A model generated the notes under the pieces. The model worked only from the letters and a program-made list of their open reading frames with translations, had not been told where the DNA came from and made no database searches. DNA of 64,000 bases from a virus (taxonomy: Duplodnaviria > Caudoviricetes), in the IMG/VR virus record IMGVR_UViG_3300021376_000006. One strand, given 5' to 3'. A program made the position numbers and the translations under genes. The first letter of the stretch is position 1; each line of letters opens with the position of its first letter. Shown here piece after piece: positions 19,457 to 28,569 of this stretch.

Positions 19457-20481
19457 GTTGTATATAGTTTTTTCTTTTTAAGTTGAATTTTTAACTTGCT
19501 TGTTTCTCTTGACGCTAATATGCTTTTTAACACAAACAATTTGCCGTATTGAACTACAGCGTCATTGATATCTTTACAGGTTTCCTGCCATACAGGAAAA
19601 CTTACTGTCCATCCTGCCTCAATCGCACGATCTACTAACTTTCTTCCTGCACGATCTGTATCTGGCACAACTATAACTTCACGCTGTAGCCTATCTATCT
19701 GTTCAACTTGCGTATCTGAAAATTCGGAACCATTAAGTGCCACACCATCCACGCTCATAGCGTCAAATGGACCTTCACATACTATGACAAATCGACTATC
19801 TGGCAGTTGATTATCTAAATTGAACACAAAATCTGCTGGATGACTTGACCAATATTTTGGTTTAATACCGTCAACGATAGCTCTTGCTGTATATCCTACT
19901 ATACTTTGCTTGTAATAAAACGGGATAATTATTCGTCGATGCAAATTGTATGCTTCTTCGGGTGTCCAGTAGAATTTATATTTGTCTATATCAATATTTC
20001 TACGATGTACATATTCAATTGCAGCAAGTAATTCTGCGGGCACATTATTGTAATCACCTATGCTGTAAAAATTAGCTAATTCAACTACATTCCTTGCTTG
20101 CTCAGGTAATGTTCTTGCCTCATAATGAATTTCTTCTTCTGGTACCTGCTCAAGCTCTTCAGGGGCTACAAGTTCTTTAAGTCTTACCGCCTCAATTACC
20201 AAGCGTCTTATTGTTAAATCATCAGCACCCAACCAGGCGAGTAATTTTCTAAACTTAAATGTAAGATGCCTTCCTGGCACATAACTGGCCTTGTAGCCAC
20301 AGTTGAAGCAATGATACGACACCGCACCTGCATTAGTTTTTATGCCACCTCTACCTCGAGCATCAGACGATTCACCATTGTGCGGGCAGCATACAGCATT
20401 GAATGATATCCAGCCATTCTGACCCGTTTTACGACGGGCAGGCAGTAGTTGCAAAACTGATTGCTGGATAGAGTCTAACAT
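19453..20481 (-). CDS. DNA primase, gp61-like
   Basis: CCPH...HCFNCG zinc ribbon; TOPRIM EGPFD and PDTDRAG. Confidence 0.9.
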   Translation of the reverse strand: MLDSIQQSVLQLLPARRKTGQNGWISFNAVCCPHNGESSDARGRGGIKTNAGAVSYHCFNCGYKASYVPGRHLTFKFRKLLAWLGADDLTIRRLVIEAVRLKELVAPEELEQVPEEEIHYEARTLPEQARNVVELANFYSIGDYNNVPAELLAAIEYVHRRNIDIDKYKFYWTPEEAYNLHRRIIIPFYYKQSIVGYTARAIVDGIKPKYWSSHPADFVFNLDNQLPDSRFVIVCEGPFDAMSVDGVALNGSEFSDTQVEQIDRLQREVIVVPDTDRAGRKLVDRAIEAGWTVSFPVWQETCKDINDAVVQYGKLFVLKSILASRETSKLKIQLKKKKLYTT

Positions 20482-20487
20482 ACTGCT

Positions 20488-20516
20488 ATTGTATATTAAT
20501 TTTTAACAGCGGCCAA
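20488..20516 (-). promoter_or_regulatory. sigma70-type promoter TTGGCC-17-TACAAT, 6 nt before primase ATG
   Basis: Read on minus strand; no SD before the ATG. Confidence 0.5.
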
Positions 20517-21197
20517 TCTTAATGATTGTAATACTCGAATATAAAACCAACCAATATCAAATTCAAACCACCGACGGCTTAAACGAGGACTAGCTGGATC
20601 CAAATGATGATTATTGTGTAATTCCTCGCCGCCAATTAATATACCAATGGGCACGATATTACGACTTTGGTCTCTGGTCTCACCGTTGCGATATCCCCAA
20701 AAATGTCCAATACCGTTAATTACTCCTGCTGCCCAGAAGGGTATCCAGATCATTTGTATACCCCATATTATGGCGCCCACCCAACCGAATAGTAAGATGT
20801 TGAACACAAGGAGAATAGTAATGCCAAGTCTGGAGTGAGGCGTGTATAACTTATGCTCAATCCAATCATTAGGAGTGCCAACACCGTATGTATTAACCAT
20901 GTCTTTATCTTTGCTTGCCTCATGATACAACAATGCTCCTTTAAGTAAAACATGCCAGATACCATAGTGTACTGGACTATGTGGATCTTCTGCTTGTTCG
21001 CAAAATCTATGATGCTTTCTATGAACCGCCACCCACTGTCGAGTGACCATTCCTGTAGTTAACCATAACCAAAAACGCATGGCATGACTGACCATGGGAT
21101 GAAATTCCACTGCTCTATGTGCCTGACTGCGATGTAGGTATAGCGTCACACAGTCTATGGTGATGTGTGTGACTAAAAAAGTGTATAGTATGATCAT
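20496..21197 (-). CDS. Membrane fatty-acid desaturase (DesA-like, short form)
   Basis: Three His boxes HRSQAH, HRKHH, HNNHH; hydrophobic segments. Confidence 0.9.
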   Translation of the reverse strand: MIILYTFLVTHITIDCVTLYLHRSQAHRAVEFHPMVSHAMRFWLWLTTGMVTRQWVAVHRKHHRFCEQAEDPHSPVHYGIWHVLLKGALLYHEASKDKDMVNTYGVGTPNDWIEHKLYTPHSRLGITILLVFNILLFGWVGAIIWGIQMIWIPFWAAGVINGIGHFWGYRNGETRDQSRNIVPIGILIGGEELHNNHHLDPASPRLSRRWFEFDIGWFYIRVLQSLRLAAVKN

Positions 21198-21230
21198 GTA
21201 ATACTTATTAATTTACGCTTATCACACAAG

Positions 21231-23615
21231 TTATCCTATATACCAATAAACCCCATCGGACCATACAGGGGCAACATTTGAGCCACCGCCACTGATTGTA
21301 GCACCAAAGTTGCCCGCGGCCGTAATGTTGCCATCTGACACAAAGGCCCTGGCTCCGGACACTGCTGTGAGGCTATCAAATGCCGCAGGAGATGTAATAG
21401 TTGTTTTTGCAAAAACATTGCTGACAGCTCTTATATTTCCTGTGACCATAAGATTACCTGCCTGCACATTGCCAGTGTAAGTGGTCAAATAGGCAGCGGT
21501 ATTTGCATTTGCTTGAGATACTATGTTATTGATATCATTTTGAAGGCTGGCAGCATTGGCATTGGCATATGTTTGATAGGCACTAAGATTAGCAGAAACA
21601 AAAGTAGCGGGTGGTAAAATTACGATGCTTCCAACCATACCGCCGTGTACGGAACATTGATACACGTAGGTGGAACCAACTAAATCAAAAGGAACTTTCC
21701 AATATAGTGTTCCACTGACTTTTCCTTGGGCACTAGAATCTGTGCTAACAGTTCCATCTGTTGCAACATGAGTCAGACCTGTGTCGTAATTTGAACCACC
21801 AGATGATACACGAATCATAAACGGGTGACCACTGACACTTAAAGCAAATGATATTGTTTCACCGCCGGTTACATAAATGGTTGGATTACTGCCAGAATAT
21901 TGGTCAAACAGATAACCCGAGGCACCGCTGTTTGTCACACTTAAACGTGAGACAGAAGGCAAGTACATTTGACTAGCTTGAGTGTTTGCATATGACTGAT
22001 AGGCACCAAGATTTGCCTGTATAGCAACTACGTTGGCATTTGCAAAAGTTTGATATGCATTGATTGTGTTAATTGATGTTGCTTGTGATGCTGCATTGGC
22101 ATTACTGAAAGTCTGGAAGGCACCAAGATTTGCCTGTATAGCAACTACATTGGCATTTGCAAAAGTTTGATATAAACCAATGTTTGCATTGATCAAATTG
22201 ATACTTGTGGCCTGTGTGGCTGCATTTGCTGTGAGACTATCTAATGATTGTGCTTGCGTAGCAGCATTTGCAATTAAAGTAGTTAACGAAGTAGCTTGTA
22301 CTGCGGCATTGGCATTTGCAAAAGTTTGATAAGCACCTATATTGGCATTTATACTGTCAATTGCAGCACCTTGTGTGCCTGCGTTGGCCTGCAAGGCAGT
22401 TATGTTTGTTGACGCCGTTCCTAAATTTGCATCTATATTGATAATAGATGCTCCTTGTGCGGCAGCATTGGTGGTCAAACTGTCTAAAAACTGTGCCTGG
22501 ACAGCGGCGTTACTCAATAAAGTTGTGATTGAGGTAGCCTGCGCTGCTGCATTGGCATTTGCAAAAGTTTGAAAAGCACCTATGTTTGCATTGATGCTGT
22601 CAATTGCGGTGCTTTGAGCAGCAGCGTTACTAACCAAAACTGTTAAACTAGATTCTTGACTGACTGCATTTGCAAGTAGAACGGTTAAGTTAGCAGCTTG
22701 CACTGCGGCGTTGCTTGTTAACTGTTGTAATTCTAAAGTTTGTGTTACGGCATTTCCCGACAATACATCTAACACACCTTGTTGTACGGCGGCGTTGCTC
22801 TGTAAACTAGCGATGGCCGTATTGGCCGCAGTTACATTGGCATTAACAGAAGTAATTAGACCAGCCTGTGTAGCAGCATTGGCAGTCAGTGCAGTAATTG
22901 CACCATTGGCAGCAGTTACATTTGCATTTACAAGATTTATACTTGTGGCTTGCACTCCAGCATTAGAAAATAAATTATTGATTTCGTTTGTTTGTGCAGC
23001 AGCATTGGCATTGGCATAAGTCTGATATGCACCCAAATTGGCTTGTATGGATACTACATTTGCATTTGCATAAGTTTGATAGGCACCTAAATTGGCCTGT
23101 ATGACCAAAACATTGGCGTTGGCAAAAGTTTGATATGCACCAATATTAGCATTCAAATTATTAATACTGGTTGCCTGCGTGCCTGCGTTGGCATTGCTGT
23201 ACACCTGGAATGCACCAACATTTGCACTAATTGTGTTGATGTTGGCAATCAATTGATCCAGTGTGGCAAATCCGGTATTGGCTGCAAAATTGTTTATTTG
23301 AATTTGTTGCGCTGCTGCGTTGGCTTTTAGACTGGTTATTTCAACATTGGCCGCAGTGATGTTGGCTCTTAGGCTGTCAGTTTGTACATTAGCTGCTGCA
23401 ACATTGGCATTCACTGGGCTTAGATTACCCGAGTCATTAATTTGTGTAACATTGGCCAATACATGACCGCCTGCAGTAACACCATCGTGTACCCTGACAG
23501 TATCTAAATCTGTATCAATGGTAATTTCGCCCACTAACCCAGTATAGGTAGAACTCACACTGGTATTGGCTCTTTTTAATAGTAAGTAGTTTGTTAAAGT
23601 TACATTGGCAGTCAT
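21231..23615 (-). CDS. Long tail fibre: Mtd-N-like anchor, long coiled-coil stalk, cupredoxin-like domain, C-terminal tip
   Basis: LLLKR...GEITIDTDLDTVRVHDGVTAGG; NAxxQ 14-residue periodicity; GHPF...YQCSVHGGMVG. Confidence 0.8.
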   Translation of the reverse strand: MTANVTLTNYLLLKRANTSVSSTYTGLVGEITIDTDLDTVRVHDGVTAGGHVLANVTQINDSGNLSPVNANVAAANVQTDSLRANITAANVEITSLKANAAAQQIQINNFAANTGFATLDQLIANINTISANVGAFQVYSNANAGTQATSINNLNANIGAYQTFANANVLVIQANLGAYQTYANANVVSIQANLGAYQTYANANAAAQTNEINNLFSNAGVQATSINLVNANVTAANGAITALTANAATQAGLITSVNANVTAANTAIASLQSNAAVQQGVLDVLSGNAVTQTLELQQLTSNAAVQAANLTVLLANAVSQESSLTVLVSNAAAQSTAIDSINANIGAFQTFANANAAAQATSITTLLSNAAVQAQFLDSLTTNAAAQGASIINIDANLGTASTNITALQANAGTQGAAIDSINANIGAYQTFANANAAVQATSLTTLIANAATQAQSLDSLTANAATQATSINLINANIGLYQTFANANVVAIQANLGAFQTFSNANAASQATSINTINAYQTFANANVVAIQANLGAYQSYANTQASQMYLPSVSRLSVTNSGASGYLFDQYSGSNPTIYVTGGETISFALSVSGHPFMIRVSSGGSNYDTGLTHVATDGTVSTDSSAQGKVSGTLYWKVPFDLVGSTYVYQCSVHGGMVGSIVILPPATFVSANLSAYQTYANANAASLQNDINNIVSQANANTAAYLTTYTGNVQAGNLMVTGNIRAVSNVFAKTTITSPAAFDSLTAVSGARAFVSDGNITAAGNFGATISGGGSNVAPVWSDGVYWYIG
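22001..22173. repeat. Direct repeat of about 56 bp, two copies 117 bp apart with one mismatch, inside the tail fibre
   Basis: aggcaccaagatttgcctgtatagcaactac(g/a)ttggcatttgcaaaagtttgatat at 22001 and 22118. Confidence 0.85.
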
Positions 23616-24103
23616 TATATTGTTCCTACATCAATTACAGCATTTGCACTGAAGTTCAACGGATCAGATTCATAGTATGCTGGTAGCACTTCTAAATCCA
23701 ATGGAACTCCATAATTTGCATCTGTATAAAGTGGACGTTCAGTATTGGTCGCCACAGTGATTAACTTTAGTGTTAATTTATAAAATCTTTGATCTAATGC
23801 AACTGTTACAGCTCGAGGAATAGTTACTGTGCCTTGACCTTTGCTGATATCAGTCATTGATACCGTAAAAGCATCAACGGCGCCTTGAATTAAAGGATCC
23901 TGTATTTGCATTTGTACTTGATATCCGGTCAAATTGACCGGTTTTTGATCTTGATTCAAAATTGAAATTTGTAAGGGATTGTCTATTCCCTGATAGATTT
24001 TAATTGGGCGACTGTACACGACTCTGTTCCTTGGTGAAAATACAGCAGGATCCCATAATTGGACCGTGACTGTATTCGGATATAAATAAGCTAGAATTTG
24101 CAT
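23615..24103 (-). CDS. Baseplate/fibre-associated protein (BppU-N-like Ig fold)
   Basis: IKIYQGIDNPLQISILNQDQKPVNLTG motif; TAATG-coupled to tail fibre. Confidence 0.5.
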   Translation of the reverse strand: MQILAYLYPNTVTVQLWDPAVFSPRNRVVYSRPIKIYQGIDNPLQISILNQDQKPVNLTGYQVQMQIQDPLIQGAVDAFTVSMTDISKGQGTVTIPRAVTVALDQRFYKLTLKLITVATNTERPLYTDANYGVPLDLEVLPAYYESDPLNFSANAVIDVGTI

Positions 24104-24116
24104 TATCTTGTATTTA
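24081..24116. promoter_or_regulatory. Overlapping divergent T4-like late promoter boxes (TATAAATA on +, TAAATA on -)
   Basis: TATAAATA at 24081-24088 upstream of 24124; TAAATA (minus) at 24111-24116 upstream of 24103. Confidence 0.55.
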
Positions 24117-24123
24117 TTGAAAA

Positions 24124-24501
24124 ATGGACGAACCCAACTACCAGCAGTTATTAAAAAAATATCCCTTTTTGACTTACCTTGTATATGGTGGCAATGAATA
24201 CATAGGCGTTATTCAAAACCTAGATGAAGTAATTACTACAATTTATGACTACGGTGCGCTTAGAACGCTAGAACAAAAACAACAATTTCTAGAGCTGGCA
24301 GAGACTTGGTGGTGGGAAAGCAACAGGCTGATACCTATCAATGTGTTCTTGAAAACAGAATGGACTCCGTTTAGAACTGTGGTTAAAACAATGAATTCAA
24401 AAGATGTGGAAATCAAGTTCGGCCCGCAAGTGAGCCTAAAAGAAATTGCCGCCAAACGTAGCAAGCGAAGAAGTATTACTCTAGTTAGAAAATTAGGTTA
24501 G
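24124..24501 (+). CDS. Conserved hypothetical phage protein
   Basis: Lone plus-strand ORF filling the gap; basic C-terminus KRSKRRS. Confidence 0.65.
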   Translation: MDEPNYQQLLKKYPFLTYLVYGGNEYIGVIQNLDEVITTIYDYGALRTLEQKQQFLELAETWWWESNRLIPINVFLKTEWTPFRTVVKTMNSKDVEIKFGPQVSLKEIAAKRSKRRSITLVRKLG

Positions 24502-25091
24502 CTATAACTGTAACTGATTTGCTCGCATATTAAGTTCATATTAACCGCAACCAGATGTGCATATCCAACTGAATGCGACTTCTTGAAGTAGTAGCTGTCA
24601 TCTGCAGGACGCTTCCAGACTGACTCTGCAACTTCCTGCCATGTTCTACCAATCAAATGACGCTTGGCTGGACGTATCACTGCAAGAAACATAGCCAATC
24701 TAGGAATACTATCAACGGGCTCGGGCATTTTTGCTAGTGTATCGTAATGTGAACCAATGTGTATTAGTTGACTACAAAAATCTCTGGCCTGTAATAAATC
24801 CCACAAGGGCTCTTGATTCATTAACTCCTGTAAATGCTGATCATTTTTAATTTGTTGATATAACCCAACATTAAGAATATCTAATTTGATGTACCCTCGT
24901 TGTTCGGCAGCTTCATAGTCTAAACTTGCGCGACCAGTGTAAGGATCTACAGGAATATCTGTGAAGTAAACACCTGTATTGTGTTTTGTGATTTTTTCGT
25001 CGCGTACAATACTTGCGGCTATGTGTTTCAAGCAAGACAATGCTTGATCTCTATCAGCTACATCAATGTCGATATCACTGGAAAATTTCAT
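24498..25091 (-). CDS. Minimal DNA polymerase III alpha (DnaE)-like protein, 197 aa
   Basis: SDIDID, KHNTGVY, RGYIKLDIL, LAVIRP, YYFKKSHSVGY correspond to DnaE palm/finger motifs. Confidence 0.75.
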   Translation of the reverse strand: MKFSSDIDIDVADRDQALSCLKHIAASIVRDEKITKHNTGVYFTDIPVDPYTGRASLDYEAAEQRGYIKLDILNVGLYQQIKNDQHLQELMNQEPLWDLLQARDFCSQLIHIGSHYDTLAKMPEPVDSIPRLAMFLAVIRPAKRHLIGRTWQEVAESVWKRPADDSYYFKKSHSVGYAHLVAVNMNLICEQISYSYS

Positions 25092-25786
25092 AGTCCAGCT
25101 TCCTTTAGCACATGTCTGCACCATTCTACATCGGCCACGTAATCCTTGAACTTACGATTCCAGTAATCAGGATCAATCCAAGGAAGAACAATGGCCAAAT
25201 GCTCTGTAGAAATAGACTCAAGAAACTCAATGCCACTATTGCAGTTATATACAAGCCAAGGGCTAACGCGACCAGTGGTAATATGATGACAAATCCTATT
25301 ATGATTGCCGTACTTAAAATAATGGCTGTAACTAGCAAGCCCACTATCTCCATTGGAGTATTCCTCCATTTGTTTGAGGCCGCGTTCGAGTGCGTCCTGC
25401 ACTGCTTCTCGTCTAACATATTCATGTAACCATTCTTCGTAAAATTTGTCTTTACACCAATGGTCTAATTTTTTGTTGTTCTTCAGTAACCAAGCTGTAT
25501 AGCTGTTGCTGTTAACACAGCGAATAGCAACCAAGTGTCTGCCGAACCTAACAAAAGCATTGTAATACGGACTTGTAACAAAGTCTGTATAACTCTTAAG
25601 CTGTGCGCTACCTTGTGTGGTTTCATAAAATTGTAGATACGCTCTAAGTCCAAACTGAACTCCTGTTTCGGTTTCCTGTTGCCAACGACGTTTTTCTGTA
25701 CAAAGATGTGCAGCAAGAGTACTTTCTTTGCTGTAACTTTTATTACAGTATTTACACTTATAGCTCGGCTTTGATTCTTCTGTCAT
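25088..25786 (-). CDS. C2H2 zinc-finger-containing conserved phage protein
   Basis: YKCKYCNK...LAAHLC; start moved to MTEES. Confidence 0.6.
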   Translation of the reverse strand: MTEESKPSYKCKYCNKSYSKESTLAAHLCTEKRRWQQETETGVQFGLRAYLQFYETTQGSAQLKSYTDFVTSPYYNAFVRFGRHLVAIRCVNSNSYTAWLLKNNKKLDHWCKDKFYEEWLHEYVRREAVQDALERGLKQMEEYSNGDSGLASYSHYFKYGNHNRICHHITTGRVSPWLVYNCNSGIEFLESISTEHLAIVLPWIDPDYWNRKFKDYVADVEWCRHVLKEAGL

Positions 25787-26222
25787 CCCACCCGTGTTCC
25801 TTGGCAAGTTGTTTAAGATCTGCTGTGTCGTTGATTTTGGCAAGTAATTCTAATTCATCTTCTTTGCGCTCAGGGAATATTTGTCGCAGAAACTTTACCG
25901 CTTTATTATTCGAACCTTCACGCTTTTTTTGTTTGATCCAATCGTGCCTAAATGTACCCATGCCAGGACTGACTGTGGTAGCCAACAACCATTGTAATTC
26001 AGGATGTCGACTCAATTCAAAGAAGTGTTTGTTAAAATTTTCGTTGCAGGCAAGTAAATAATACTGTTGTAGTTCTGTACTGCCCTGTACACTGCTGCCC
26101 CATCTAATCATTAGGTAATTGCTAAATTTCTTTCGTTCTTCATCAGTGAGATCACGATAAAAGTTTCGATCTTTAGTATCAAAGGCTCGCATTTCGTTGG
26201 CAATGTTTAATTTGTCTGTCAT
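25758..26222 (-). CDS. Clamp-loader small subunit-like (gp62-like)
   Basis: FS.YLMIRWGS, NENFNKHF, HPELQW; resembles gp62-type proteins. Confidence 0.5.
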   Translation of the reverse strand: MTDKLNIANEMRAFDTKDRNFYRDLTDEERKKFSNYLMIRWGSSVQGSTELQQYYLLACNENFNKHFFELSRHPELQWLLATTVSPGMGTFRHDWIKQKKREGSNNKAVKFLRQIFPERKEDELELLAKINDTADLKQLAKEHGWDDRRIKAEL

Positions 26223-26494
26223 ACTGGATGGTGTGGTACTGTGTCTTCCTGATTGCTTAACGTATATATAAGTTTAACACGATCTAAGGCATCTTGTAAA
26301 GCGGCATTTGTTTTTGCAGCACGATGAATGTTTTCCCAAAGCCTTTCTTCATGCAATTCTGAAAACATTTTTTCTGTATCATAATCCCTGCCAATCTCAA
26401 ATCTTTGATAAGGTGGGTCTCCTAGTTTACGTGCATAAACTATACCGTCTGCACGTTCGTATATGTAAGTAGCTCCAGGTTCTAATTGGCTCAT
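26219..26494 (-). CDS. Hypothetical phage protein
   Basis: YIYERADGIVYAR; start moved to MSQLEP just after upstream stop. Confidence 0.6.
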   Translation of the reverse strand: MSQLEPGATYIYERADGIVYARKLGDPPYQRFEIGRDYDTEKMFSELHEERLWENIHRAAKTNAALQDALDRVKLIYTLSNQEDTVPHHPV

Positions 26495-26495
26495 A

Positions 26496-26999
26496 TCACC
26501 AACATTTTGAATAATCAACTACTTCGCTTTGTCTTGAAATGTCTTTAACAAAGTAGGCACACAAAGGTTTTTCAACACCGGTTTCCAATGGCACTGCTAA
26601 CAGTTGACCTGGTTTAAGTTTTGGAAAATACCATTTAACATCTTGATAAATGTCAACTATTTCTATTTTAGCAAATTCTGGTCTAAAGCTAGTTATAGGG
26701 TTAAAACAAAACACACTGAAGCCTCTATCATTAATACTGGTTAAAGGAACCACTTCTAGATCGCCTAGATCTGGTTCGCCGATCAACACATGCCAATCCA
26801 CTGGCATTTTAACTGTGTGATCGCCTATACGTAATACCAAAGCCGGGCTATTAAAACTTTCTAAAAAGATAAGAGGAATATAAAAGTAGTCAGGTGTTCT
26901 AGAATCTGAATTATCTAGCACAGCAAATCGTAAATCCTCTATTTCGTCCGGAACTTCATTTAGCTCATAAGCTGTATTGTCAAGTGTTAGTATTCTCAT
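26496..26999 (-). CDS. Conserved hypothetical phage protein
   Basis: MRILTLDN start; operon coupling. Confidence 0.65.
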   Translation of the reverse strand: MRILTLDNTAYELNEVPDEIEDLRFAVLDNSDSRTPDYFYIPLIFLESFNSPALVLRIGDHTVKMPVDWHVLIGEPDLGDLEVVPLTSINDRGFSVFCFNPITSFRPEFAKIEIVDIYQDVKWYFPKLKPGQLLAVPLETGVEKPLCAYFVKDISRQSEVVDYSKCW

Positions 27000-27118
27000 T
27001 GTTGTAAAAGTAAAATTGCTGCTTTTTCTTGCCACCAACGAGCAATATCACGCATGTCAGTGCGATCTATCTGCACCCATTTTATGCCATTGCCTCGATC
27101 TTCAATTTGAAATATCAT
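26996..27118 (-). CDS. 40-aa microprotein MIFQIEDRGNGIKWVQIDRTDMRDIARWWQEKAAILLLQQ
   Basis: Manual translation; ATGA overlap with uvsW stop and with next gene start. Confidence 0.6.
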   Translation of the reverse strand: MIFQIEDRGNGIKWVQIDRTDMRDIARWWQEKAAILLLQQ

Positions 27119-28569
27119 TGCCATTCTGCCTTTTCTACAGTGAAAGGATAATTAGCCTCTTTATAAAAAGTTTTGCGTTTTGTTAAATGTCGTTTTGCGA
27201 ACTTACAGGTGGAGGTGATGTCCCAGATTTGAACAAAGTCCTTATCTTCTGCTCGACGTATGCCCCGCCCAATGCTTTGTATAACTCTAATAAAAGACTT
27301 CCCAGGCTCAATAAGAACAAGATTAAAAATACGGGGAATATTAATACCAACTGCTGCGACGCCGTAAGTAGCGATGATGATTTTGTTTGTTGCCTCTGCC
27401 ACTTCGTCATAGTGCTCTTTGCGCTCCCCGGCTTTAGTCGCCCCAGAAACAAACACACTGCCTGGTAGTCGTTTGGCTAATGCCCGTCCGGCGCTGATAC
27501 GATCTACCAATATAAGTGTGTTGCCCGAATCAACTATAGTACTTATCAAACGACCAATATAGTCAAGTCTTTCAGCAGTTTCTATTAGATATTTTAGTTC
27601 GCTTTGATAGTTGTTATATTCTTTGTGGTCCACTAACTGTACCACATTGACATGACACTGAGCCAAGTGTCCGGCTTCTTGTAGTTCGCTGGCGCTTAGT
27701 TGTCCTACTACAGGACCCAGCATGCAGTTGATGCTTTGTCTTGCGTAATCTTCTTTGGGTATGGTACCAGTCAAGCCCCAACGTATAGGAACCTGTGCAA
27801 ACGGTCCGCTCAGTAGTGCTTTTAATGCATCGGCTTTGGCCTGATGTACCTCGTCTACTATAACTGCTACTACACCCTCCAAGAACTCGCCTATAGTGAT
27901 ATCAGCCTCGGCGTTATTGGTCGTCTTTAATAAATTGTTTAAGCTTTGCCAAGTACATATAGTATGTGTTCTATTGTATTCTTTTCTATCTCCAAAATAC
28001 ACACCGGTATCTAATTCAAGATTAACAAAATCATCTTCTGTCTGTGTCACTAAACTTTTGTTAGGCACAATAACTATTGTACGCCCATACTGGCTCACAG
28101 AATCTGCCAGTGCTGCTGTGATGATAGTTTTACCGGCACCGGTGGCTACTTCCTGCACACACTGTGGATTGGCCAAAAATCTATTGATAATTTCTGGTTG
28201 ATAGTCTCGTAGTACTATAGGTTGGCCAGCCTTTGGATGATTTTGGGGCCACTGTTTGTGTTGATAAGTGTTTTCATCTACCGGAACAAATTCAAACGTG
28301 GTGCGATACTGTCTTGTATCCTCTACCTCAACATCGTAGCCTTGTTCATCAAGATAGGGCAGGATCTCTGGCAACAAGTTGATGTAAGTGGTGCCGCCAA
28401 GATTGAAGAAAGGAACCTTGCCATCCCAGCGTCCAAGTTTTACACTGGGTTGATAACGAGCGCCCGGTATTTCATATTTGTATCGTTTTACTAAGGCTGT
28501 CCTTGTGTTAAGTTCAAGGCCTTCAATTTTTACATTGACTTCGTCTTTGATTAATAATCGAGCCTGCAT
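27115..28569 (-). CDS. uvsW: SF2 DNA helicase UvsW-like
   Basis: LRDYQ, ATGAGKT, VDEVH, GLTGT, GINIP, QSIGRGIR. Confidence 0.9.
   Translation of the reverse strand: MQARLLIKDEVNVKIEGLELNTRTALVKRYKYEIPGARYQPSVKLGRWDGKVPFFNLGGTTYINLLPEILPYLDEQGYDVEVEDTRQYRTTFEFVPVDENTYQHKQWPQNHPKAGQPIVLRDYQPEIINRFLANPQCVQEVATGAGKTIITAALADSVSQYGRTIVIVPNKSLVTQTEDDFVNLELDTGVYFGDRKEYNRTHTICTWQSLNNLLKTTNNAEADITIGEFLEGVVAVIVDEVHQAKADALKALLSGPFAQVPIRWGLTGTIPKEDYARQSINCMLGPVVGQLSASELQEAGHLAQCHVNVVQLVDHKEYNNYQSELKYLIETAERLDYIGRLISTIVDSGNTLILVDRISAGRALAKRLPGSVFVSGATKAGERKEHYDEVAEATNKIIIATYGVAAVGINIPRIFNLVLIEPGKSFIRVIQSIGRGIRRAEDKDFVQIWDITSTCKFAKRHLTKRKTFYKEANYPFTVEKAEWQ

Noticed and set aside
21231-23615. Diversity-generating retroelement target (Mtd-N-like domains here and at 6982..8352)
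   Set aside because: No reverse transcriptase and no TR/VR pair differing at adenines in the window; the N-terminal domain is a generic fibre anchor.
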